DNA of 61,692 nt, the filler included, from Basidioascus undulatus (taxonomy: Eukaryota), in assembly GCA_000826855.1 (NCBI GenBank). It is 8 parts of 8 records of this genome, joined end to end, with 100 filler letters (N's around TTAATTAATTAA, not from the genome) between each part and the next. Parts side by side here need not be neighbours in the genome. Positions count along the whole stretch, not along the records: positions 38,663 to 46,282 come from JTLS01001518.1; positions 46,383 to 53,988 come from JTLS01001519.1; 6 more parts are not named here. One strand, written 5' to 3'. The position numbers and the translations under genes are program-made. Below, one piece after another: positions 38,663-51,321 of the stretch; the stretch's first letter is position 1; the number at the start of each line of letters is the position of its first letter. The notes below the pieces were generated by a model. That model worked only from the letters and a program-made list of their open reading frames with translations, had not been told where the DNA came from and made no database searches.

Positions 38663-39189
38663 CCGAGGACAGCTTGTCGAGATAGAGCGAGTTGGGAGGC
38701 GAAAACTGCGTCCTGCTCCCATCCGTGTCGCGCGGCGAATGCCAAGACCTCGAAAGGGTGTTTGATGGCCAACGTGAGGTTTGGGCCAGGCAACGCGAGC
38801 AAGACGGCCCGGGCGTCGTACTTCTCAGCGACCTTTCCAACAGCCTGGATGCCTGAGGGAGACTTGAAGTCCGGCGTGTCCGGGTTGACGTGAGGAGAGC
38901 AAGAAAGAGTTCAAGTACGTCAGTCTTCTCCTCTACGTCGACCGTGTCGCAGAGCATGGTGTCCGAGGCCGAGGTGCTTCTCGGCCGCGTTGCGAGAAGT
39001 GTCGAGGAGTCTGTTGGCGACGGGACAAGGAAGGTCGATATGGAGCGGAATGACCGGCGACCCAGCGGACAGAGTAAGACGATGGACAAAGTGCAGAACT
39101 TTGTCGCTCGATCGAAGGGCCAGGTCTGTGCGGGTCGCAACGAACGGCGAGACCTTGGTTGATAGTTCAGGGACGGAGCTGGACCACAT
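38663..39189 (-). pseudogene. BTB/POZ-domain gene of the basidiomycete expanded family, two frameshifts; 3' end cut by contig end
   Basis: DLALRSSDKVLHFVHRLTLSAGSPV, FRSI..VDVEEKTDVLELFL and VAEKYD..HPFEVLAFAARHGW are separated by frame changes with no intron signals. Confidence 0.7.
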
Positions 39190-39748
39190 AGTGGCGATGA
39201 CACTGGAAAAGCGAATGTGGCGAAGGTGGTGAAAAGTTGGGTAGAGTGGGAGAGGAGAGTCGGAGGAAGAAGGAACGAGGAATGACTCAACTGCTCTGAG
39301 CACGTTTCTCGTTCCGGCGTGCCCGCCAGTGCGGCAAGTTCCTTTCGAGCGTGCGTCCGTGTTACCATTAGTCATTGGAGCGAGTCATCTAGTGCACCAG
39401 CGAATTGTAGAGGCATGCAGGGGTATATCGTATTGCCGTGGCGCGACATTTGTAAGAATAAGAAAAGAAGCGAGCGTGGGGGAGGGGTGAAGCTGCAATG
39501 TCGAGACAGTAGGTAGTGTATCTATCGTACAAACAAACAAATTCAACGCAGTAACCAGCAACCAAGCGTACGGGAAAATTAAAAAGACACCAGCAACAAA
39601 GAATTGTGCTAATAAGAAAAGTAGCGGCAAGGAAGGGAAGGCGGCGAGAAGGAGGGAAGGGAGCGTTTCCTGTTTTCTACAGCACGCGCTGCGGGAGACG
39701 GGGTGGGAGGAGAAGGGAGGGAAGCGGGAGGCAGGAGGCGGACGGAGG

Positions 39749-42700
39749 TCATGAGTGATCGCCGTTGGTGGTGGTGGTGGTGACGTCCGGGTGGACGGGC
39801 GCGTAGCCCGGGTCGGCGGTCGAGCAGTCGAGGTGCTTGAGCAGCGTTGCGACGAACATTTGCTCAAACCTGTGTGAAACAAACGCAAGCTGATGAGCTA
39901 CTCTGAAAGAGCGCGGGAGCGCGAATCGAGGAAAGGAAGAGATCGCTTACCGAGCGTTATTGAAGACGACGGACATCTCCTCCGAGTTACAGCGCAGCAA
40001 GTTCGGCGCAAAGATCATCTGACGCGCTCCCACCACACGATCAGCCCAAAGCGTCCTAAACACCTGCCTTCCAGCCACTCGCGACTCACCGCCAAGTTAG
40101 CAACCGTCATCTTCGTCTCTTGCACGACGCGGTCCTTGCAGAAGAGCTGCAAGAAGCTGATAACGAAGAGGACGACGCGTCTGTTGATCTCGGGGAGGCC
40201 CTCGCGGACGATGCGCACGGCCTCGGCGGGCTGCTCCGCCGCGGCGACGCACGCGTTGTAAACGCGCGCGGGGAACACGGGCTCCTCGAGCTCGCGCAGC
40301 CAGAGCTTGAACAGCGACGCGGGGACGTGCACGTCGTCGATGTTCGCGAGGTGGTACTGCCCGCGGTTGATCCGGACCTGCGCAGTGCGGTTGCAAGATT
40401 CCTCAGCCAAGGCGAACGACTAGCGAAGGATTGAGGGGGAAGAAGCGGACCTTGAGCTCCGAAACGAGATCCATGTCGCCCGGGACGCGGAAGATCCCCT
40501 CTGCGCGCAGCCCGCCGAGCGCGAGGATCCCGTCCGCGAGGAAAGGCGCGACGATAGGGACCTGCTTGTACGGGTATGTGCTCTGCTGCAGGCCCATAAT
40601 CGTCGGCAAACTGGCCGAAAAGACGCTCGGGTTGAACGCCGCGTCCTGTAGCCCCACACACCCAGCAACTTCCATCAACGACAGTCCCCGCGAAACCAAA
40701 GCAGAAGAAAAAAAAGAAAGAGGGCAGAGGAGAGGGAGACGCACCGACAAGCTCTCGATCTCCTGCGCCGTCGGGCCCTTGCCCCTTGCCCCGCGCTTGA
40801 CGATCACGCCGAGGCGCTGGAGGCAGAAGCGGGCCATGACGTCCACGCGCCCGGCGGTCTGCGTCGTGTGCTCCGCGAGAAAGCCGCGCATGTGCGCATG
40901 GAGGTTCACGCTCGGTGGGAAGCACGAGAGCGCGACGCAGAGGAGCTGCCACCCTTTGAAGACGCTCTCCCTGCCGGTCCACCCCACACACCCTCACGTT
41001 AGCTTCGTTGCCTCCCTCCTGCCGCAAAGTGAAAGCGCGAAGGGAGTGGAAGGGAAGGGGCAAGAACGCACGGGTTCGGGTTCCTTGTAAGCTGTTTGGT
41101 GATCTGCGAGTAGACCTCGTCCCTGATCTCGGGCTGGGCGACGCCGACGCCGAGCAGCCAGCGCTCCTCCTCGAGCACCGATCCCGAGCCCGAGCCCGCT
41201 GGGTCGCGGTCGCCCATCACTCGCTGGACGACCTTGAAGCTGCGCACGGCGTCGCGATGCAGCGCGCGCGGGAGAACGAGCAGCGGGGCGCAGAGCGCAG
41301 CCTGAAGAGGCCCCATCCCGTCCCATAGCACACTGCTTTCAGCCCCCAAACACCCCGACTAGAAAGCGGAACGGAAAGAGGGCAAGAAGGACCCACCTTC
41401 TGCCACCCCACCAACTCTCCCAGAGGCACCTTTCTCCGAAACAGCACGCCCCTTGTCCGCGTGCGCGTCGAGAAGTAGCGCTTCGCAAAGTCCTCCACCG
41501 CGAACGCCTGGATTTGTGCAGACAGCTCGGAGGGCAGGACGTGGTGATCTCTTTTCCCGCATCCAACATTCCGCATCAGTCAGCATTCTACCCAGACACC
41601 AGGAAGGCGAAGGCGAGACAAGTGGAAATGGAGAAGGAAGAAGATAAGAAACGGGAAAACGCGACCCACCCAGTCGAGAACCGCTTCGTGCTCGGGTCCA
41701 CAAAGATCGGCTTCCCTGTCGGGCGTTCGCGCAGCGGCGACATGCTGAGCGCAGCCAGCTTATCCTCCACGGGGAGACCCACATCCTCCCTGCTCGTCTG
41801 CCGTCTCTTCGCGGGCGGCTTGTGCGGCTGCGGCTGCGGCTGCGGAGGAGAAGCGGCGATGCGCGGGCCGAGGACGGCCTCGAGCTGGTCGATCGAGCTC
41901 GAGCGCGTGCGGGCATGGGAGGCGGCGGCGGGTGGGAGAGGAGGGCGCTTGGGCTTGCTGCGCGGGGAGGAGTGGGAGGCGGATTGAGGGGTGGAGAAGG
42001 AGCGGGAGGCGGAGGGGGAGGTGGTAGAAGAGGAGGAGTTGGTGCGCGTTTCGACTGCTTCGGAGAGGGGCGGGAGGGCGCGCGAGGAGGTGCGGTGGGA
42101 GAGGGAGTTCCGCGGGTGAGGGGAGGAGGTGGATGAGACGGCGGCGGGGGAGGTTGAGGTTGAGGTTGAGGCGAAGGTAACGCCGCGAGAGGCCTGCGGG
42201 GGGGAGGTCGGCGGGGTCGTGCTGCTCGGTTGTTGTGCGGAGGGGGAAGCGAGAGACGCGGAGAGGCGCTTGGATAGGGCGTTGGCGGAGTTCTGGGGGC
42301 AAGGGGTTAAGGAACCCGCGCAGGGGAAGGGAAAGGCGAGAGGGCGAGAGAGAGCAAGGACGCACTTGGATCGACCAGAACGGAACAACCAGGACGCCCC
42401 CGCCCGGGCGTACCCAGGTTGTGTTCCCAGTCACTGCACAAGGGCTTGTAAGTGCCATTCGGAGAAAAAGCCAGGGGGAGGGAGACACACGCGTATGAAA
42501 GTAATACGGAATGCTGCGCTCCTGGTCCATGAGCTCCCACCACTGCCCAGTTGGCGACAAGGGAAGCCTTCACGCCCGTCCCGCAGACCGTCAACGCCTA
42601 CAGCACAATGCGAGGGAAAGGAGAGAGTAGCAGAAACGCACAGGTACACGCCCAGCGGCGGGTCCCAGGCCGCCTCGCCTGTCGACGGGTTCGCGTAGAA

Positions 42701-43214
42701 GATGACTTTGGTCATTGGATCCTCGACCTGCACCACCCGCACCCATACCCCGCCCAGAAGATGAGATTGAGAGGTGAGAGGCTCAGAGTTGATAAGGAGG
42801 AAGGGGCCCACGGTGATCCAGAACTGCGTCATTAAGAGCCAGGGGGTGGATGAGCTTGAGCTTAAGGGGAACGAGGAAGATGAGGATGCGCACATTGCTC
42901 CCCCAAGACTCGGGGATCTTAAAGTCCTCCTCCTTGACCTCCCTCGTCGCGGGCACCGCGTCCTCCTGCACGACAATGACAATGCTCCTCCGCTCGCCCT
43001 CCTCGCCCTCGCCCTCCATCACTGCCCAACTGCGCCTCCCCCCCCGCTCCTTCTCAATCCGCGGCGGGCTGCCCTCGATCCCGCCCAGGCCGGAGTCGAC
43101 CGAGCAGTGGGTGGGCACGCCGCCCTCGTCCGAGGAGGAGGACGTCGCGGGGGCGGGTGGCGTCATTGGGCGGGTTGGGGTCGAGGAGAGCGTCTGGGGC
43201 CGTGGGGAGAGCAT
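39749..43214 (-). CDS. WW-WW-MyTH4-RhoGAP protein (ARHGAP39/Vilse-like architecture)
   Basis: WW-like FYANPSTGEAAWDPP and WWEL..PYYFHT..TTWVRP; MyTH4 EIRDEVYSQITKQLTRNP/ESVFKGWQLL..FPPS; RhoGAP EGIFRVPGD, ASLFKLWLRELEEP and KMTVANLA. Start codon tentative. Confidence 0.9.
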
Positions 43215-44143
43215 GGGGGCCTGGGTGGGGTGGGTGAGGCTAGGCTGGCTAGAGGGTAAGACTGTCGGTGAATGGTGCAAAGGCAAGAGCCGTCTGCTTG
43301 AGTGTCTCTGCGTCTAGCACGCGAAGATTCCAATCGAGCCTAGGACGGACTTTGGTTGGCTGTTGGCTGCCAGCCGACGACAAGGAAAGCACGGGCCGGT
43401 CGCGTAGTACCAGTCGGGAAAGGGGCTAGCTGCCTCGATTGCACCTACGGGGCGCTCGTGGCTGGCGGTCGCGGGGAGAATATTAAGTGAGAGGATTATT
43501 AGAGAGTGAACATTGCGAGGAAGTGTAGGATAGAGAAGATTAAGGTCGGGCGAGCGAGGAAGCTCGGGGTGGGAAGGAGGGAGGGAGGTCTGATTAAGGG
43601 GCGCAAGGAGACAAAGGGGAACCGCTGCGAAGACCAACAAGGTTTGGCTTCAAACCGGCCCGTAAACACGTGAACCTTCTTGACGTTGCATGACAATTTA
43701 CACATAGGCACTCGCAACGCACAAAACGCACATAACACACGTCCATCAGCTTGCGTCGCAACAGTCCCGGTGGTACAAAGATTTAGTCTCTCGGAGGTTA
43801 AGTGGCTTGCGCAGCTAGCTCAGACTCGTACAAGGCTGCTGAGCGCACGAAACGTACGACTGTGTTTCACTTGCAAGGCTGATGTTCTCACTTTCGGCCT
43901 TCAACGAAGCTGCATGCACACCATGCATGTTGAGGATTACTGAGAGAGTTTGAATTTAACCTCGCGACACCTACATCAACACCGACTGCGCGTCGAGCAA
44001 GGGCGTCGGGCAAGGTGCAAGGCGGCGCTGCGATGTATAACAGCGTTGAGCACACCACCCAGCAGCTGTAAGCTAACATTCCGAACAGTAAACTCACTTT
44101 CTCTCAAGGGCCAATACCTGTCTTAAAGCGCAAGGCCGGTGCG

Positions 44144-45880
44144 TCACGCCCATTCCCGAGGAGTGCCCTGCAAACCCCAACTCTCGCACTGTCAGAGCAC
44201 CGCGAAGTGAGGTGGAAAAGCTCAAGATACTTGCATTAGGCCTGCACCCGCTATGACGTTGACGAGCCGCCATATTAGGCGCTGTGCCGAAATGTTCAGT
44301 TCCGTGGGCGTGAGGAACTCCTTGGCTGTGTAGCGCACAGTGTGGGCGAAGGTGAGCGGTACGCTTCGCTAGGGAAAAACGCAGGGTGCCACACTGGGAC
44401 GTACCGATGACTGCCACAGGATGATGAAGGCTTAGCGCACAAAGTGGTCAAACAAAGTTGAACACCCGTCCAGAGGAGAACGCCTGCCGCAAGCGAGTTG
44501 ATGATTGCGCTGGCTAGACTGTCACTCTTTCATAGTGGGAAGCGTTAAGAAGAACCAGGGAGAAATCAGTTCTGAAGGCTCCAGTATAAGTGATTAAGGT
44601 AACGCACAGGTTTGTCCTCAGAGTAGGAGTAGCGCAGCGCTGCGACATCGGTGTCAAAGGGTGAGTGCTGTCCATACGATAAAGCACCAATAAACAGGAC
44701 ACACCGAAGCCACCTTTGGCCAACCTGTAGAAGAGAGGTCAATGAGCGTCACGCCCCATCGAACAAGCAGCTTAGCCACGAACACTCACCGGCGTGATGA
44801 GCGCGTAGGCAATGACCACGATCACGGCATCCACGCATCGTCGGGGAAGGGTATCGGGGCCACGCGAGCCCCGAGTCCCAGTCCCTCGAACATCTGTCCC
44901 GATCGATGTAAGGGTGCAGTGGGCCGGAGAGCGAGATGCCGTCAGCCGCTGTGGGAAACTGCGAACAAAGATCCGCAGCGCACCTGATGAAAGACGAGGA
45001 CCACAAGAAGCGTGGCGTACCCGTCGCTGCTCATTGCCGAGAGAGATGTGCCGATCATGATGGAGTGAAAGAGGACCGCAAAGTGGAGCAAACAAAGCGA
45101 GAGCGCCGTGCATAATTTTCACCAAGCGGCCCAACATCCCACTCATTAAGCACACGACCTCACTCCCGATAACTCAGCAGATCTCACAAACAAACTTTGG
45201 CTCACCTCTAAGGTCCACGCTGTTCCAAGACCTTCAAGCGCTAGACGACGCCGAGAGCCTATGCAGTGGCTGTGTCGACCCCGTCTCAACGCGCTTCATC
45301 TGCCGCACTCGGCGCCGCTCTGGTCCATATCGAGGTTGACCATCTTCGTCCCGTCGTCCCGCTCGCTTTCTGGGACGTCCGGGATGAACCGCACGGCATA
45401 CCGCCGCGAGGCGAGCTCGATGCAGAACCTGCGGCAGTGTCGGGTGTGTGAGCGCAAGGGTAAGCGGGATGGGAGGTCGGGTGAGGGGGCGTACACTGTG
45501 AAGAAGCGAACGCGTTTGCGAACAGATACGAGTCCTGGAAGGCACATCACAAATCTTAGTTCCGGAGCGACAGGCGGTCTTTGGAAAGGAAGAGTCCGCT
45601 CACCCAGACAGCATTCAGGCACTTGTTCTCAAAACTCTCGCTTCCATCGCTCTGAAATGACCACCGATCAGAATAAAAGTAAGAGGAAAACCGTGGATGA
45701 AAATAACATACCAATAGATGGATCAAGGCGGTACTGATAATGATTCCCGACCACCCCAAAGACTTGCAAAAGTCGAAGCTGACGAGGTCAAGTTTAAGAC
45801 GGAGGCAGTTTGTCACTATTCTAGGTCTCGTCGAGCACCATCTATAGCAATTGGAATTTTTAACACACGCCCCTGATATG
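44144..45880 (-). pseudogene. Decayed near-full-length ZIP (Zrt1/Zrt2-like) zinc transporter; 5' limit approximate
   Basis: Exon relics in order: FDFCKSLGWSGIIISTALIHLL, FENKCLNAVW, FCIELASRRY, LFHSIMIGTSL..VFHQ/MFEGLGLGARVA, AYALITP, NSLAAGVLLWT, AKEFL and ALLG[K]WA*. Several frameshifts or stops. Confidence 0.8.
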
Positions 45881-46382
45881 GGTGATGGGCTGCCTTGCAG
45901 CTGGAGCGGGGACCAACAGCGTTCCACAGCTCCAGGTGCTGTGCACGTCCTGATCCGGCTCAGAAAACAGCTCTAGGTACGCTTTTCTCCAGCGCAGCAC
46001 TTCCATGTTGGCGCTGATGACGTTGAGCGCCATGTTCACTTCATCTCCCTGGCCCGCTCAATCCCATTAAGCAGTACGCCCTCTACACTTCATCCGCTGC
46101 TCCCTGGACTGCGGCTGAACTTGCCGTCCACCTTCCTCAGCACCAATCCAATGACTGGTGCGTCCGGAAGATATTAATTCGGGTCTTGAGGACGAGTCGA
46201 TGGAGACAGGTAGTGGGAGTGAGGGGGACAGGACGAAACTGGACGGGGAGGGAGGGATCTAGGAAATCACGGACTCTGGGAANNNNNNNNNNNNNNNNNN
46301 NNNNNNNNNNNNNNNNNNNNNNNNNNTTAATTAATTAANNNNNNNNNNNNNNNNNNNNNNNNNNNNNNNNNNNNNNNNNNNN

Positions 46383-48227
46383 GGGGCGGCGGCGGGAGGC
46401 AAGGAGGGCACCCTGGAGGCGCAGCGGAGCGAGAGGGAGGGTGCGCGGACGATGAACGTCTGGGAGACGAGGAGGACGGTCCTCGCTGTGGATTTGGTAC
46501 TGGGGCCGGGGGAGGAACGGACTTGTGCGTGGGGTCTCGCCGTCGTCTTGGGGCTCGAGGCACGGGAGTTGGTGCTGACTTCAGAATGCGTACAGTTACC
46601 TACACGCACCCTATCCCCGCACATCTCCCACCGACACACCGCGGCAAGGCGATCCGCATTGCGTACGAGCTGGTACTCGGGACGAACGTCCAGGGCGGCA
46701 AGAGCCGGGTAGTGAAAGTGCCGGTGCGGATACTGCCGAATGTCAACAGTGCGTTCTCCGGCGCCTTCGCGATCCTCCTCTTTTGTCCTCCTCCACCTGT
46801 CCCAGCTCGCGCAGACTAACATCCTGCTGTGTGGGGCTAGTGGACGGCGAGCAGCCGGTGTACGACCTCGGACGGCCCGTCGTGGAGTTCAAGGACGAGA
46901 GCTGCGTAGAGACTGACGAGGAGCAGGAGCGCGGGCGGTTCGGCGGCGGTGGGGGTATGGGCGCAGTCGCTATGAAGCGGAGCGGGTCGGGCATCGGTCG
47001 ACCAGGATGTGCGTTGCGTTGCTCCCCGTCCAATTCTCCATCTCTTTCAAAAGGCTCACAATAACCCACCGTCGCCGCACGCAGCCGATCGCCAATCCCT
47101 CCTCAACTACGCGTCCTCCCTCCTTGCCCAACACCAATCGCAGCACCTTTCGCAACGAGGCGGGCTCACGCGCTCTGACTCGATCCTGAGCGTGACGGAC
47201 CGCGCGGCGGGCGCAGGCGACGAGCAGGACTGTCGGGCCGCGGTGGAGGTTGCCAGTCGTAATTCGCAGAAAGGTGGGTGGGTGGTCACCGCCGCACGGT
47301 GGGGCAGAGGAGTAGGTGACAGGAACTGACGAGTGAACGATGGGCAGCGAGCTATGATATTGCGAAGGACGGACACGTCGTCGCTGTGCTTACGCTCGTC
47401 AAGTCGGCGTACCGACTCGGCGAGACGGTCCTCGGCAGCGTGCTCATTAACCGGCCTAACTCACCGGCAGCGCGTGTCCTCAAGGTGTGTTTCCTATCTT
47501 CTGCGGAACATTCATCGCCCAGTTGTCTCACACCACTCACACTCATCGTACCCGAGCCAGCTGTCCGCGACACTCGAAACGCACGAAGAGATCGTCCCGC
47601 AGCTGTCGGTCCAGCCCGCCCGACAAACGGCGCGCGCTACCCGGCGCGTGCACGCAGAGTTCCACGAGGCTATTGCGCTAGATCTAGGGCGCATCGGGTT
47701 TGCGTTGGACGTACCGAGCGGGGAAGGGGCGGCGTTCGAGACGAGCGGGGGTGAGTTGATTCGAATGTCCGTTTCGGTCTGCTCATTTTCCCAATTGCTC
47801 ACGACCCTGTAATGTGCAATCCACAGTCAAGCTCCAATGGAGCGTCCGCCTATCATTCCTCGTCCTCTCCCCGCCTGCAACGCTGCCCACGACGCCCATC
47901 TTTCCTCCCCCGACGCCGCGCACGCCCGGCGCCCCCCTCCTCTCCACAGGTCACCTCTCCCTGCACCCCCCGACGCCGCTCCAGCCCTCCTCCGCGTCTC
48001 CGAACCCGCAAGGCGGCGTGCCGAACGTGTACAACGAGCACGCCTCGCACCTCGTCCCGCTCGAGACGCAGGAGTACACCGAGTATGAGAGCGTCTGGCG
48101 CGCGGTGGATCGCCTCGGCGCGGGTGAGGGCCGCGGGCGCGAGGAGGTCGTTGAGTGTGAGGTCCCCCTCAGGATATTGCCGGGGAGCACGGAGTTCAGG
48201 CCCCAAGTCGTCACGTTCGCGGCGTGA
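46383..48227 (+). CDS. RGP1: Rgp1 (subunit of the Ric1-Rgp1 GEF for Ypt6/Rab6), 3' part
   Basis: VLAVDLVLGPGEERT..LPPTHRGKAIRIAYEL, YDIAKDGHVVAVLTLVKSAYRLGETV, LSATLETHE, FETSG/VKLQWSVRLSF and ECEVPLRILP. Confidence 0.85.
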
Positions 48228-48557
48228 GATGGAGATTGCAATCGGATACTTTGCAATTGAGGGCTGCTGGTTTGCAGCGCAGCTTCTGACGCGGAACACT
48301 GACTGTCTGCGTGTTCCCAAGCCTCTCACCATCTCGATCTGCAACTCATCTCGCTCACGTATTTCGCACGATCTGCCAGCCCTTTCAAGCGCTCAGTCCA
48401 AAATCGTCCGTAGTTCGAGCATCTCATATTATTTCCGCTTCTCACTGACGTATGGCGCATGGCCTCGCTAATCGATCGCAACCTCAAAGCCCATCGAACC
48501 CAGTACCCCATTCCCAACCCATGTCCGTCCTCGACTCCATCAACTCGCTTCCCTCCT

Positions 48558-49053
48558 TTAGAGTTTCGGGTCGCGCCACGACGGGGTGTCCTTGTCGCCC
48601 GGGCGGTCCCCCGGGGCAGGAACTTCGCGCTGCGGCGCCTGGGAAGGGTCGTACTGCACGTCGCGGCCCGTCAGCGGCCGCTCGGCGTTGCGGTCCTTCT
48701 CGCGTGTCATCATGTACAGGATGCCCTGTCGGAGGGAACTCGAGAGTGGTGAGCGAGGGATGATGGACTGAGGATAGATGGACGGCAAGATGAGGTTTAC
48801 GCACGCCGAGCGCAACGACGCCTGCGCCCATGAGCAGCATCGTGTTGTCGTCCTTGGGCTTCTCGCCCGGACGGTCGCGCGGCGGGTCCCAGGTTGCGTA
48901 AGCGCGAGGAGCAGCGACCGCCTGAACCGCCATCGATCACCCGTCATCCTCAGCTCTGCTTCAGCCTGCCTCCTCTTCTGTACCCAGCGCAGTGGAGAGA
49001 GAACGCACCGCCGGCCTAAGTCTGCCCGAGTGCGTCGCTGCGAGGCGCAGCAT
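48558..49053 (-). CDS. Small single-TM protein with probable mitochondrial presequence, 3 exons
   Basis: Spliced: MLRLAATHSGRLRPA/AVAAPRAYATWD..MLLMGAGVVALG/GILYMM..RDPKL*. Arg-rich, acid-free N-terminus and one hydrophobic helix. Confidence 0.6.
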
Positions 49054-49989
49054 GCTGGTGCGAGACTGGATAATCATCATGTGTATTTTTAGCTTCGATA
49101 AGTGTAATGTGTCGTTCTATCAATTTATTTAAGTAGTCGTGGAACGATAGATGCCTTGAAGGGAGCAGTGGGGTTGTCTTAAGGGGCCGGGAGGGAGAAT
49201 CCGAGCGAGCGGGTGACGAAAGGGTGTGCGTGATGAAAGTGTGCGTGCAGAACTTCAGAGCTTGCTTCTGTAGCCTTGTGATTGTTTCCAAGCCTGGAAA
49301 AACTCTATCTGTAGCTCCCTGGTACAAATCGGATTGTGAGGCCTGCAACAGAACGCATAGTTTTACAATCGGTAGTCGACCAGCCCGCTTCCAGTCAGTC
49401 CACTTGCAGCCGGCTCGCGCTGTGTTGTCCATTACTGATGCTGTTGTACTACGACAATTTCAAACGGTTAGTGTCTCTGTGGAAGTATTGGCAATCTAGA
49501 CTTGGGTGAAACCGTTTGCGAGAGATGCCGGAGCGCGTTCTCAGTGACCACCTCCTATCCGCCTGTAGTTACCTTGTGCCTGCCTCAGTCTCATTCACGC
49601 ACGTTTTACAAACGACCCAATGCTTCATTGGACTGACCCTATGACCCAACTATTGACCTCCCGTATTACAATGAACCAGCAACCGGGCACAAGTCGCATC
49701 ACGGACTGTATAGACGATCGCATCGCGGACTGTAGACGGTCACCGTTGAGCTGCCTCCGCCGTTTCGATCTGAACCTCGCAAAGAATCGGGCTGGATATA
49801 AAAGTCCGCTGGCTCCGTACTTTCTGTTTCCATCCCACCACTCTTTCAGACCTTCCTCTCCGCTTCGCTAACGCTTCGACTCTCAAGATGCCCTTCCACC
49901 TTGAGCCCACCCTAGTTGATGAAACGACCAGCCATGTGCGCCTCATAAGAGCTTCTTTCTAAACACGTCTCTTTCCGGACTGAAGCACT

Positions 49990-50645
49990 GTCCAGAGCCC
50001 CAACCTGAACTTCCCCTTTTGTCGGTCTTATCACGGGATTCGCCAGCACTTCTTCTGACATCGGTCCGGGCAGCTACAAGTAAATCGCTTGTTGTACTTC
50101 TTCGCCCCTAAACCTTTCCCCACTGACCTGCCCGTCCGGGCGTTCGTTCACAGCTACTGCTACGCTGGCGTTACTAGCAGTGAGTTCATCTGCACCATTA
50201 TATCAATTCCAGGGTGTAGCTCATCGTGTATACATTCGCAGCGCCTCCCAACTCGCCCCCTGTCAGCGGCCCGAACTGCTTCACGGCTGCGACCAACATC
50301 CCAGAGCAGTTCGAGTCGGCCGTGTGGATCTACAACACCCTGGACATGTCCATCTTCCTGCAATGGGTCAATACTGATGGCTGTAAGTATCTTATTCTCC
50401 CTTTTTTCAACTTGTAGCGTGAATGCGCGCTGAACCGAGTCTGTGTCGCTTGCAGCCAAGCCGGCGACCTTCCTTGGGATTACGCAGGGAACGATCATCG
50501 CTACGGGCGACAAGACCGCGTTGTCGAATGTGTTTAGACCGACTATGGATCGTGCGTTCTTCACAAGTCCCGATTGATGTTAAGTTTGCTGACGCTCTCC
50601 CAATTCAATACTTATCCGCAGTTTCTCACTTTCGTCCCGGACTTG
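49990..50645 (+). pseudogene. Fragment resembling an uncharacterised basidiomycete secreted-protein family, probably degenerate
   Basis: GT-AG-bounded exons give FVGLITGFASTSSDIGPGSYN/YCYAG../PPNSPPVSGPN..ESAVWIY..QWVNTDG/SKPAT..ATGD. Apparent extra T near 50020; no clear N-terminus. Confidence 0.45.
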
Positions 50646-51321
50646 CCCTCTCTTGTTTACGCCAACAGCCTCCGGCTCTCTTCCTTGTGCCCTAAAAAAA
50701 GCGGGTGGCTTTGTATTTCGCTTTTGCCTTAATATTGCTGTCAGAGAACCTTCATCTGTATTCGCTGCCGTGCAAGTATTCATCGCGCTGCTCATGCTCT
50801 TCTGACCGGAAATGACTGCGGAAAGTGGAAACTGGTCGGCGAAAAAGAATAAACCACAAGTTCGCATCAGACTTTCGCACCCGTAGAGAATATCCGCGGA
50901 TCGTTCTATTTTGTGAGAAGGTCAACAGGCCCACCCAAGGCGAGAGGAGAGCTTCTCTGTGAAGGCAGGGCGAGGCACGCGCCCCTTTACAAATAGTCCT
51001 CCAGCCCAAGGGCCATGTTCTGCCTTCCTCGGTGAAACTAGAATGTTAAAGTCAGATAGGTGTACGCGATGCGGGGGAGAGTGCGAGCAGCGATGATCAG
51101 CGAGACATGAGTGAGGCTGACCTGTCAGATGGCTGTTGGTCTATTGGCTGTCGGTCTAGCCGCAGCCTGACAGGAGGACATGAATCGGCGCTCTTTTCTT
51201 CTGGACGCTCCCCGTGGCCCCTTGAGTCCTTGCCTTCCCCCCCAATGGCAAGGACACAGTGCCTTCCACTAACATTAAATGCTCAACTAATCCCTTCCTT
51301 CGAACCCACATTCCGTTTGCC

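Noticed and set aside
39889..39930. CTGATGAG...GAAA hammerhead-like core (also CTGATGAG near 4533)
   Set aside because: Stems II and III cannot be formed; the first lies antisense to a RhoGAP intron.
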